Positions 21,586 to 33,100 of a stretch of DNA of 64,000 nucleotides are shown here, one piece after another. The notes under the pieces were generated by a model. That model made no database searches. It was not told the origin of the DNA and saw only the letters and a program-made list of their open reading frames with translations. Both the position numbers and the translations under genes were made by a program. The stretch comes from Puccinia triticina (Eukaryota): contig CP110439.1 in assembly GCA_026914245.1 (NCBI GenBank), positions 7,626,001 through 7,690,000 on the forward strand, written 5' to 3'. The stretch's first letter is position 1, and each line of letters opens with the position of its first letter.

Positions 21586-23985
21586 CTATTTTCCGCCAAT
21601 CTTCAGAGTTCTGCAATAAGCCTGATCTTCAGTGTAATAGTACACAAGTAATGAGCTCTGCACTCCACAAGTAAAGTCCGCAAGACATAATAAGAATGAT
21701 GTTAGTAATGTAAATCTCTTCCAATAGTCTAAGTACCACCACAAGTGTAATTCCAGTAATTTGTAGTAAGCAAGATGATGAGAAGATGCTCCCAAAGAGA
21801 AAACCCATTTCACCCTTGTAAGACTCAAAAGGTGTTGTGAGACCCTTTTTCTGAATGGCAAAAGGTATGAACAAGGTGCAAACTCTGCCTTTCTGGATAT
21901 CAGAAAACAAGACCACCAAGCTAAGCTTGGCAGCTTTATAAGAGGGGGTCTAACTTCTAGGGAGTTACATGAGTATCATGTGAAAACATCAATGTGGTGA
22001 TTTATGTGGGAGAGCATGGTATAATGTCCACTTGGCAATAGCGCGGGCAGGAATGCACAAGCGGCTGAGCTCAGAGTGCATTTTGGTGACATAAGCACTG
22101 AGGATGATGTCAGAAAAGCATGATACAAAAGCTTACGGAAATTTGCACGTGGATGGAAAGCACAGATTGGGAATATGCGGATTGCAGACCACAGAGTTCA
22201 GATCAGGTGGTGGACTGGAGCAGACGGGCAGGGCTGGACTGCGGCATACCAAACACGGGGACTGATAGCAGCGGCGTTCCAGGACAGCCAAAGCGTGTTT
22301 CACTAGCGGGTGGAACTGGGGCGGAGGCACTGGCGGGGGCTAGGCAGAGGGCGTGGGAGGTCAGGCGTTGGAGAGGAGCGGAGACTGGGACAATGAAGTG
22401 CAGGAGTTGGGTGGAGATGACAGACTAGTGCAGGAAAGTGTCAGGTTGCGGAATCGGGTGGGAACGGAGATGCACACAGAGGGAAGGAAGGGGATGGAGG
22501 CTCACGGTTTCTCTTCTCTTTTTCCTTTTCATCATCTTACTTACTACTGATAATTTGTATTTACAACTTACAGACATACTAGAGTATTAGAAGATTTTTA
22601 CGTGACCATTATTTTGCTTACTTGAATCAATTGCTATTGCTGACTTTGCTTGCGGAGTGCGGAGCTTTACCACTTACGGATTATTACACTATAGATCAGG
22701 CTCATTGTGGAGTGCTGAAGGATAGCAGAAAGTAGCAGTGCAAATCCAAGTTTAAGGACTATGGATAAGAGTCCATCACTGTGCAGTACTCGTGGGTGAA
22801 AGAGTGAAAAGGAGGCGGCCTTGTGGGCCAAATTCTAGTTCACAGGGCTGTTTATTTCAGATAGAGGATTGAGCTAGCCGGGAGAAATATGATTGCAGGG
22901 ATCTCTGTCTAAGTACATGAACAATCAGAGGAGGAGAAGGAGACAAATCAAAAGGAAGGGAACAGCTTACCTAGCTGGGAGAGATATGGTTGCAGGGATT
23001 GATCTCTGCCGGCTAGGACTAGCAGGGAGAGATATGGTTGCAGGGATCTCTGTGTAAGTACATGAACAATCATAGGAGAAGAAGGAAACAAATCAAAAGG
23101 AAGGAAACAGCTTACCTAGCTGGGAGAGACATGGTTGCAGGGATGGATCTCTGCCAGCTAGGAGGGGGAATGAGGACTGAAAGTGGTACTCTAGCGGAAA
23201 GGGGGTTTGTGTTACTCCTTGTGAAACCCTGTGGTACGTGGGGGCTTCACACCAAGACATTGATAATCACTCAGCCCGGTGTGGTGATTTATATGGGCAG
23301 GTGTGGTAGAATGTCCACTTGGAGGTAGCGCGGGCGGGAATGCACAGAGTGCATTCCGGTGACATGAGCACTGACGGACAGAATTCATGGATCAGACGGA
23401 TTGTGGATTGCTGATCTTGGATCGGATATTTGGACCGGAGCAGAAAGACAGGGCTGGACTGCGGCGGAATACACTTGTGGACTGGTAGCAGCGGCGCGTT
23501 AGCAGGTGAGCCAAGGCAGCCAAAGTGGGTGGAACTGGGGCAGAGGTGTTGGTGAGAGACTGACTGACGGGGGCTAGACAGAGGGTGTGGGCGGTCAAGT
23601 GTTGGAGATGAGCGGAGTCTGGGACAATGATGTGCAAGCAATTGGGCGGAGCTGACGTACTAGTGCGGGAAATTGTTGTATCTGCGGGATTGGTTGGGAA
23701 CAAATTTGCGCATGGAGTTTCATGGTTTCCCTTCTCTTTTCTTTTCTATCATCTTACAAACTACTCATTATTGTACTGACAACTTACGGATGTACTAGAG
23801 TATTAGGAGAGTTTTACGTGACCTTATCTTTTGCTTATGGAATTACTATTGCGGATTTGTGCTTGCGGAGTGCAGAGCTTTATTCACTTGCGGATTATTA
23901 CACTATAGATCAGGCTCAGCAAGGATTGCTGAAGGCTAGCGGAAAGCAGCAGTGCAGAGCCAAGACACCAATAATCACTCAGCCC
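21586..23985. repeat. Cluster of related LTR-like repeat units: 21993-22742 (+), 23280-23956 (+), and a partial inverted copy at about 21586-21800
   Basis: Both long copies begin TGTGGTGATTTAT and end GCAGTGCA (TG...CA). They share GCGGAGTGC(G/A)GAGCTTTA..CACTATAGATCAGGCTC, also seen diverged in reverse complement at 21620-21680. No 5-bp TSD found. Confidence 0.65.
22873..23163. repeat. Tandem duplication of about 146 bp
   Basis: TTGCAGGGATCTCTGT..AAGTACATGAACAATCA...CAGCTTACCTAGCTGGGAGAGA occurs twice. Confidence 0.85.
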
Positions 23986-23990
23986 AGACA

Positions 23991-24123
23991 CATATATTCT
24001 TGAAGAAGGCGGATAGTGGTCATTCCTACCTACTAACCATCCTTTATTCTCACAAGATATACATATTCTTGAAGAAGGCCGATAGTGGTCATTTCTACCC
24101 ACTAACCATCTTTTATTCTCACA
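23991..24123. repeat. 70-bp tandem duplication of a dispersed repeat also present inverted at about 4472-4535
   Basis: ATATTCTTGAAGAAGGC(G/C)GATAGTGGTCATT(C/T)CTACC(T/C)ACTAACCATC twice; the reverse complement lies at 4485-4532. Confidence 0.85.
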
Positions 24124-24605
24124 GCGGCCAACTTGTGGTTGAGTAGAATAAAAGGAGGGAAATAAAAGAAACAAATTAATTCATCCACCATATCCAATAT
24201 CCTATGCAAAGTATCCTAGAACTGAGCATGAGTGTGAAACCGTGTGTGAAAACCTGTGTGAAACTGTTCCAGACTGGTGTGTGAAAGGTGTGATTTGTGT
24301 ATCTTCTGATCCGGTAGAGATATGAGGGTGGTTTCAGTGGGTGACTAAGGTTCATTTTGGTTGTAGATTCCGTTTCTGAAGTCCATTTGGATTTATCTTG
24401 AGGTGTGTAGTGATTAAAAATAAAAGTTTGAATTTTTCCTTCTGCAAACACAGGAATAATGACTACACCCTAACCCTACTTGGTAACTAGGGTCACTTGA
24501 AATTAAAGCTGTTGATAATTTTGTTATTGGGAGTAATTTTGAACCTTTTTCTTGAGAGAAATTGAGTGATTGAAATTTTCAAACAAATTGAACAAGGAAG
24601 AAAAA

Positions 24606-26040
24606 TCAAAAAAATCTTGTTAACCGTTCATAATCAGTGCCGGAGTAGCCAAAAGCACGAATATTTCCAGTTACATGGAAATTAATTCTAGCAAATTCTT
24701 GTGTATCATTCAATTCAAAGAAATTATTGAGATGCTCTTGAGGGATCATTTCGCTCTTGTACAGAAGTTCAACGGTTCTGAACACCAATTGCTGGTGGAA
24801 AAGGTTTTTAAGAGTTTCACCAAAACCATGCAAGTTTCTGTTTTCAAGTATTTTGCGGGCATGTTCAATCGGCATGATTTTATGTAACAAACGATTCAAA
24901 CTTTCGAGCCATGCCCATGTAACCTTATCTATGACCGCATCCAGAGCATCACCTGTCAGTTTTCCTGGTTCAGGAGAGGTCCCTGCAAGAAATTCATATG
25001 GTCGGGAATCCAGTCTTTGCTCTTTTGTGTCTAATTTTCTGATTGACTCCCTGTGGCTTGTGAACTTGGAATCATCAAGCTCATTTAATCTGGAAGGAGA
25101 CCGCCATTGATTAGAAATCTCAATTTTCCAAAATCAAGGGTCACATTGATCTGAATAAAATACTAACTTCATTGCTTGGGAAGGTACATTGAAGTTGAAC
25201 AAATGCACTATATGACTGTATACTGAAGTTGTTAATCCCGGCAGGTGAGGTTCAAGCACCATCCGCTTCTCAGTGAACTTGAACAATCGATCTCGCCTAC
25301 AACGGTCCATTCGCCGCAAAATACATCCTAGTTCTTGAAGGATTTTTTGTGACTTATTGATCTCGCTGTGTGATATTCCCGCCCACGTATACTGGTTCAA
25401 ATGGCTGATGAGTTCATGACAGCGCTCAAATTTTTGATTGAGAAGTTTCAGATCTTCGTGCAACTGTTGAAATTCATCATCCAGGGCTTCTCGCTCTGGT
25501 ATGTATTCAAGTGTTTCTAGCATCAGTTTCCAAAATCGTAGTGATGTTGAAAAGAAACAGAGTGATGCCATGAAACGAAATACTTTGTTTCCATTCCCGA
25601 GAGACCGCAAGCCCAATCTCTGAAAGATTTTAATCACAAGCAATCACTCTACGTTGCTTCTTAAGGTTAGGTTACTACGCGGTGACACACGTGACTGACG
25701 TTTTGGAGGGTCTGGAAGCGCGCTTGGTCGGGGATTTGAAGATTCAAGTCCGTTTGACGAAGTTCGTCCAGAACTCGAAGGGTGTTGACTATCCATAGCA
25801 CCTAGACGAAAATCTGAGAAAAGAGCGGTTTCCGAGTGTTGAAGCACATCGTCAGTGAATCACATGATTGGTGTACTCCGAATGTATCATGTAGGAGAAG
25901 AGGAAACGCAGGAAAATACCTTCTACTGCTTGATCTGCTTCATAACTAATTTGCAATTCCCGAGTAGGCCGAGCTATGTAGTGAGCCGCTTCAAAGCAGC
26001 AAATTAGAAGATAGATTAGTCGTTGGCGCTTCGAAAACAT
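24606..26040 (-). CDS. Lineage-specific putative secreted protein (multi-exon), possibly 3'-truncated
   Basis: N-terminus MFSKRQRLIYLLICCFEAAHYIARP is signal-peptide-like. Exons join across GT-AG introns (PPK|QIGLAVSREWKQ|KTLEYIPEREALDDEFQQLHEDLKLL). The remainder is helical with no recognised domain. Confidence 0.6.
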
Positions 26041-27288
26041 GTGGTACATTGACCGGGAGGCAAATAACGAAGGACAACCCGCTCAGTCTCAATGCCTGGT
26101 GCAGCAGATGAGTTTTCCCCCTCTTGAACTTGTACGACTTAGGAACAGCTTGAGTGTCACCGATAGGCGAAGCCGGGGTTTTTCCCGGTTTCTCCCCAGT
26201 TCCTCTCGATTCTTCTTTCCTTCCTCAGTTTCAAGATCTTGCGCGTGCATATGCACGCTTCACTGTTCAGCTCCAAACCTGTGTTCACGTACAATCATCT
26301 TTTTTGGGATAGCTATATGTAACTTGTTGAAAGGTCGATGCTTTGGCTGGATGCGTACAGTGTCACAGTGTGTCGCGTAACAACCCTCCGAGGGAACTAA
26401 CTCACAATTTTGGTGAGCAGTTTCTTTTACTTGCTGCATATGTATTTTTTTTGTTGCAAAATCAATGCTCTGGTACACTCATGTTGACAATGGCAAGTAA
26501 CAAGCGTGAAGGTTTAGTTGGACCAACCACAACCAGTTCCAATGCATGTGGCGCGACATAGCAATGGAGTTGAAGGCATCTTAACTTCTGAAGGTGAGGA
26601 TGCGAATCCGTTTGTATACCGATTCAATAGGCTTCAGTCTATAGCATACATGTTGAGAATAATCAGAGGAGAAATAGTGGGGTATTTGGTAAGCAAAAAT
26701 TGAATAGATATATATATAGAGAGCGAGTAAAACAAATAAGAGGAGTTGTGGTCGATAGCATTGGACTATTTACATTTGCTTCATCTTGGGAAGACAATCC
26801 ATAACTCGACTGAAAACATATTTGTCTCAAAAATCAAATGAAGGGGGTGGCAGTAACAATTCATAGTTTTACAAGAATTAATCACAATTCGCGCACATTT
26901 AGTGTTTCCAAGTGTCGATGTAAAATAGCAAAAACAGATTATCAGGTAAAATTCTTGTTGAATGAACGAGGTGAACGAGTGTGCTCTTAAGTAAAACCCG
27001 GAAATAGAGTATCTGGCGAAAGTATCTGCAGGATCATTGGACCAGGGTTAGGAGAAAGTTGGCTGGCCATCTTGGATAGCATGCTGTGGTTCAGAGGTTA
27101 TGAATGATTGTGGTATAACAGTAGCTCGGGCGTTGACGACGGCTGAATTGTTTAGCATTGGTCGAGATCTGATGGAGGAGATAAAGGAGGAAAAAATCAA
27201 CGTATCAGCGTGAAAGGTCATACCTTGTGAAACATGAAAAGATGAATGAAGGAGATTGGTACCTTGAATTAAGCTTTGTTTACTTCGA

Positions 27289-28197
27289 TTAATAGTATGA
27301 ATGAGTCCCTTGTGCGGGGCGGCTCCCATCCCATCCTTTGGACTGTGTCTGTGTGAAAGGGGTGCCCATGCCCGTGGGGTCTAGGAATTCCATCGCATGA
27401 GGTTGATTGGCTTGGCTGGCCTTGTTGGATGAGCCACTGAGCTCGCTGTAGGGATTGGTAAAATGGAGAAGTGATTGTTCTTGAGGTTTTGTGAATGACA
27501 TATTGCTTCGGACGGATGAAGTGGAAGCTGAACGATTTATCATAGGTGAAGCGCCGACGCCGCCCATCTCCTGATTCTTCGGATGGTCGAGGAATGCAGT
27601 TGATGGAATGACGATAAACGTATCGTCGGCGGGTTGCTCCTCCGTTTTATTGCGCAACCGTTTGAAGAAAAACCTCAACAAGATCAAGAACATTAGAGCG
27701 ATCGCAATGGAGCTGACCCCAATGGCCACAATCATCCCCGTAGAAATATGTTGCTGAATGGGCCTCGCACCACCAAAGTTATTATCAGGTCTGTTCGCCT
27801 CCCAGACGGACCTCGAACCTGCTAGCCCAGTAGGAGTACTAACCGTTGGTAATTTCGCAGAATTTGTTTCCAAGGGAAGAGCAGAAGCCGTCGTCGTGGT
27901 AGGGTGTGACACAACGGCTGTAGCGGGGGCAGCTACTGGGGGTAAGCCCGAAGGGTGGGGATCTGTAGAGGCGACAGGTGCAGGTGGATGAGTCGCATCG
28001 ACGGCGGGACCACCTCTATTAGCGGATTGGGTGGGGGTGTTATTAACCGGAACCTGATTGGGAGGGTGGGGATTGACTACTGGGTTGGCCGGCGGAGCAA
28101 CTGAGCCGATCGGCTTGGGGGGCATCTCTTGTTTTGTGGGTAGGGGAGTGGTGCCATTGGCACGGTTGTGTAGGTGAGCAAGCATTTTTGCAAGCAC
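27289..28197 (-). CDS. Single-pass membrane protein with a Pro/Thr/Ser-rich region (exon boundaries uncertain)
   Basis: 302-aa ORF with TM helix MIVAIGVSSIAIALMFLILL followed by the basic stop-transfer RFFFKRLRNK. Confidence 0.7.
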   Translation of the reverse strand: MLAKMLAHLHNRANGTTPLPTKQEMPPKPIGSVAPPANPVVNPHPPNQVPVNNTPTQSANRGGPAVDATHPPAPVASTDPHPSGLPPVAAPATAVVSHPTTTTASALPLETNSAKLPTVSTPTGLAGSRSVWEANRPDNNFGGARPIQQHISTGMIVAIGVSSIAIALMFLILLRFFFKRLRNKTEEQPADDTFIVIPSTAFLDHPKNQEMGGVGASPMINRSASTSSVRSNMSFTKPQEQSLLHFTNPYSELSGSSNKASQANQPHAMEFLDPTGMGTPFTQTQSKGWDGSRPAQGTHSYY

Positions 28198-29126
28198 TGC
28201 GACAGTGCTCTAGTTGGAGGGGATTGAAAAAGATTGGGTCTGGCCAAGCGGAATGTTCGAAATCGAGGATAATTTTGGGGTGTTCCGGTTCGGTAAGGTT
28301 GAAAGATGAAGAGAAAAAGCGAGGGAGAAAACGGCCTCGGGACCAAGGTTGGCTTCTGCAGTAAGACCCAGCTGTAGAAGTAAGATAGAAAGTTGAAAAT
28401 TATGATGGGGAACGATGCCTGGGGAATGTTATTGAGACTATTTGTGGTACGTGGCGAACGATGAGATGGCAAGACGAGTTGAACTCCCCCTGATCTGTTC
28501 TGCCTGCACCTTTACTTGGCACTGTGTTTCGCCAGCATCAATCTGGGCAAAAGGCTCAGGCTAACGCTACATGATCCCTCCATAAGCCGCGTTGTCCTAC
28601 ACGCAACACGAAAGCAGGAGGTTTTCTCTCATATGATGTTGATCGAGTCCAAGAGATCTCTGACCGGTTGGACTTTTTGCTATCTTCTTCTTTCGACCAG
28701 ACGGTCCGAGTCACGGAAGCTGGGAGCCAGGGCATGTTTGCCTGAATCAGTCGACGCGGGCCAATCTGCGGTTGCGTGGACATGTTGCTTGGGATCCGAG
28801 GAAAACACACAAAAGCGAACTGATGATGGATAGCAAGCTTGAGATGCAAGCCAGTTGCTACCGATATTGCGACTCAGAAAACTTGCCCGTCGGGGAACGC
28901 ACCTGTGCCACCAGCTCAACTGAACCTCACCTCTCCGAGCCTCGAGGGGCGCGAACACGGAGGACCTACAGATACATATGTTTGCCTTTACTTAGCTCTG
29001 CAGTCGGTTCCTGCTTTTGTAGCTCTGATTTCACCATGATACTGAGCAGGGTGGCCGACGGAGCAATGGTTCGCAGGCCGAAGGTCATCTGTTTGCCGCC
29101 GGTTCGTGAATTGTGACCTAGTACTT

Positions 29127-29340
29127 TTTTTTTTTTTTTTTAAGTGTAATTTCGCCTTGAGCATTGCACACTATGAATATTCAATATCTGACTACTTACA
29201 CGCAGGAAAGAGGGAAGAGGGTTTAACGTAGAGAGATTGTTAACTCAGGAGAGTACGCGGTAACAGGATAGCTAACCAGAGAGGAGTGAAAGAGAAGAGA
29301 GAAGAATAAAAAGAAAAAGAAAAAGGAAAAAGAAGAGAGT
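29127..29340 (-). mobile_element. 5'-truncated non-LTR retrotransposon 3' end (or SINE-like retroposed fragment)
   Basis: Poly(T) on + at 29125-29141 (poly(A) tail on -), a pyrimidine-rich body on -, and TSD ACCTAGTACTT at 29116-29126 and 29341-29351. Confidence 0.88.
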
Positions 29341-30181
29341 ACCTAGTACTTGGGCAGTCAACAATTGGCCGATAATCGGAATACGACATCACAAGGCACA
29401 CAGTCCATAGTTAGAATGATTTAACCAGCAGAGACTCCGAACTGCCATCTTTTCCGAAGTTCCTTCATTCGTTCTCAGTCGAAAGATGTGCGGGGCCAGG
29501 CTCCGAAGCAAGAGACCTGGACTCAGGTCAGGCCCCGCGACTCGGGAAATCCGATCTCGTCAAGGTCGGCGGCATTTCTTGAAAAAAGGTTGATGAAACA
29601 GAAAAGGTCCGTCAACATGTACCAGTTGCTTGCGAGCAGGACTTGCCCACGACAAAACATTTGCCCAATAACTGGTGAAATGCAATGAACTTTCCAGGAG
29701 AGAGGTTCTTCCGAATCCTACTAAGCCCCATTTGTTTCTATGGAGCTCCCAGTCATACATACGTGGGTGCTTCAGTCTTATGAACTAGGTATGAGAACGG
29801 TGAAAATTCAGAACACAATAACAGGACTTTCTAACACATGAGAAATCGGGAGAATTATGAATTAGATTCAGACTGAGGTCCCAAGATTGGATGTTTCATG
29901 AGTTTGCCAAGAAATTAACGATCTTTATCGTAATGGATTTGGTGAATTCGATGAGATTTAATGTGGGATTTTAGTCAAAAATGACGCTCCTTTGTCATGA
30001 CCAAAAACAAGGATTTACAACAAATAACGTTGAATATTAACAAGGATTGGAAACAAATAAGGTTGGATATTCGGAACAGATATGATGAGTATTTGTGTGT
30101 TTCCAGCGCAAGAAACGACGCGTAACCATTGAATTAATGATTTCAAGCGAAGGCTTGACAAAAAAGGGATGGAAGGCTGTG

Positions 30182-33100
30182 TCAAATTTTACTCTGCACC
30201 CTTTCATCACTGCAGAATTTTGGAGCAGTTGACAGCAACTCCTTAGCTTCTCGTAGTGGTCTTCCAATATTCGGAGGCTTGGCCAAACGATGCAATGAAG
30301 AGAAGGTCAGATTTCTATCACATTGCATAATGTGTGGTACCAATCTCACGATGAAAACATGCTTAAAACTCACTACACCCGCGGAATGACTTAATACAAA
30401 CGCGACCACATCCTGCTCGACTCCCAATTCATACAAAGCTTCTGAAGCGTTGTCGATCATTTCGCGGATGCAAACAGACCCCACTGCTGTGGGTGGGTTA
30501 GACAAGATGAAGCTGCGGAGCGGAAGCGTATTAGTGACCAAACTTATGTTGTTGTGAATGGAGGAGACGGCTACCTCATGACATTGGAAATCCGAGATGG
30601 CTTGAAGCGGGCTACTGCGCTGACTAAAGATGATAGCGCAAGGGCCAAAGGTTCGGAGTGGCGCTCTTCATGAAAGATCTCTTCGATTAACTTGACAATA
30701 TCGTTCATCGGCGCGTCCGTAATGTTAGCAGCTCCACTGGCTACAACCGCAGAAAGAGCAGAAACCAAAGATTCGTGAATTTCTTTGTTATCTGTGGTTT
30801 GTATACTGCCTAGCAGCTCCACGATCAGAGGGTCGATGCGCGGCTGATGTTTCATCAGAAGACCTAGAGCTGCGATTGACTTGCTTCGCACAGTGATCGA
30901 AGTTCCATCGTTAAGAGACTTCATAAACGTTCTTTGAAGCTGAGGAAAGAATGGCTTGACGTATTGAGGAATACGCATTAGCAATATTCCCAAAGTCTGA
31001 AGGATAGCGGACTTGACTGGAGCAGGGAATCGATCGCCCATCTAATAATCAAAAGCAATGTTTTACTTTAGCACATGAATAGCTTGTCGATCAGATTTGC
31101 AGATAGATGGGACGACATACGATCCGAATCAAAGGCCCGGTGATTTGGGTAACATAAGGCTTGACATGTTCTTCGGAGGTCCTCTCTACAAGATTTCCGA
31201 ACGCCAGCGCGGCTTGCTCCCGCTGCTCTGCCGTACCCGCTAGGATACCCTGCAAAAGTATGGGCATGAATGGCTTGAGCCCTGAGGGACGCGAAAGTCT
31301 GGACATACGATGTGGTCAGCTTAAACTGTTTGTCAACGTCACGACGTTCTGAAAAAATTCAAAGTGTTGTCTACCCTGGCAGATAACGACCCGGAATTCC
31401 AGAACCTTCGATTGTCCGCCGTAAGGGTATAACCAAGACATCCATTTGAGTTTTGGGCATGGCTTTGACCATCTCGTCCATCGCAAGCCAAGCCGAATTA
31501 ACCACCTCTAACACGGGATCATCAAGCGAGGATACTAATTGGCGGATCCAAAGCACGTCGTACTCCGATCGATCGGAGGTATTGGAGGCGCAAAAGATCC
31601 CGAACAAGTCACAACCGTCCACTCGCTTGCTGGGCGTTGGGGACTTGGCCACTTCCAGTAAATGCATCATCAGAGAGTTGATGCTATCCAGTTCATCTAA
31701 GGAGCCAAAGATGACGCGTAGAGAGGAGTCTATGGCATCGCGAACTTCTTCATCTGCTTCAGCACACCAAGAAGATCTGAGACTATCAACCACCTTAGAT
31801 ATGTATCTAGCAATTGAGCCTCCAGATACCGAAACCAAGCTGGACAATGCTCGAGCGTTGAAAGCGGTAATTGGAGACTTCGTAAGAACCGGTAGAATTT
31901 GAGGCAGTATGCTCGATGCTCCAACACGCATTAATTCTTTCAGTGCAGCTAGGGAGGCTGCCGGGGTGCTTCCAGATTGTCGCAGGGCGTGCAGAAGGGC
32001 AGGCAGAGTTTCTTCGACCACTTTACTACCCAACCTTTGTTGCAGCGCATCAAAGGCTTTGGCAGCAGTGGACCTCACATCATCGCTGTCATCGAGTAAA
32101 GCAGACCTTACAATTGCGATGAGTGGGCCTTGGTTATCTTCTAGCTGCGTCTGGGAAATACTGGCGATGATGTCGATGACGGCCAAACTAACTCCCTGAC
32201 GAACGCGCACATCTTCAGATTGCATCGCGTTTTGCAGAGTTTTATTGATTACAGCCAGGATGTTTTCGCCAAGCTTTTTGACCAGTTCGCCCAGCGTTCG
32301 TGCAGCAGTCTGGGTCGGTTGAGATTTTTTTGTCAGAAACTGTGGCCAGTATTGTGAGATTGAATACACGCACCTCGCGCTGCTCTTCGCCAGGACTTGC
32401 GAGGATGCGAATTAATGTTTGCACTGCAGTACATGCGATTAGCGGTTGAGATCATGATACTGGGATAAAAAATCAAGCGACTTACTCAGTGTAGGCATAA
32501 TTTCACGGGCGGTTTTCGGGGTGTTCTGTAACATACAATATCGTGATGTTAGCATTCAAAATCCGCAAGCTGATATAATATGCACCTCACATTAACCAAT
32601 GCCTTCCAGATGTGAACCGACGTCGTGCGAACAATAGAGGAAGAATCTTGTCTGGTGATGTACACTGCAGACAAAACCCTGTCTCGACGTTCTTTACCCA
32701 AGGTATCAACCAAAGCGACTCGTGAGGCATCAGCACTAGGTATCGTGACTTCATCCTCTTCTCCATCTTCGTTCCCAAGGTCTGCTTTGGCAGCAATTCC
32801 GGAAATGCGGAACAGGAGATCTCCAAGGAGCTGTATAGAGCTGTGTTTTATGATTTCCGAACCAGGGTGGTAGTCAGATAATTCTCATCTCATACGTATA
32901 GCCGCTATAGGATGACTAACCTTTGTCGGATTCTCCAGCTCTCGTGAAAGAGACCTTGCTCAAGTTCTGGCATGAGCAACTCAATTGCCTTGGTGCTGTG
33001 GTTGATCACAATCATCCTACCGGCTCGCATCGACGCATCCCGCACATAATCAGAGTCATCAGCCAATCCGTTCAGGACTGGTCTGATTATTCTACCAAGA

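Noticed and set aside
25644..25646. In-frame stop suggesting a pseudogene or readthrough
   Set aside because: It falls inside a plausible GTCAGT...TTTCAG intron.
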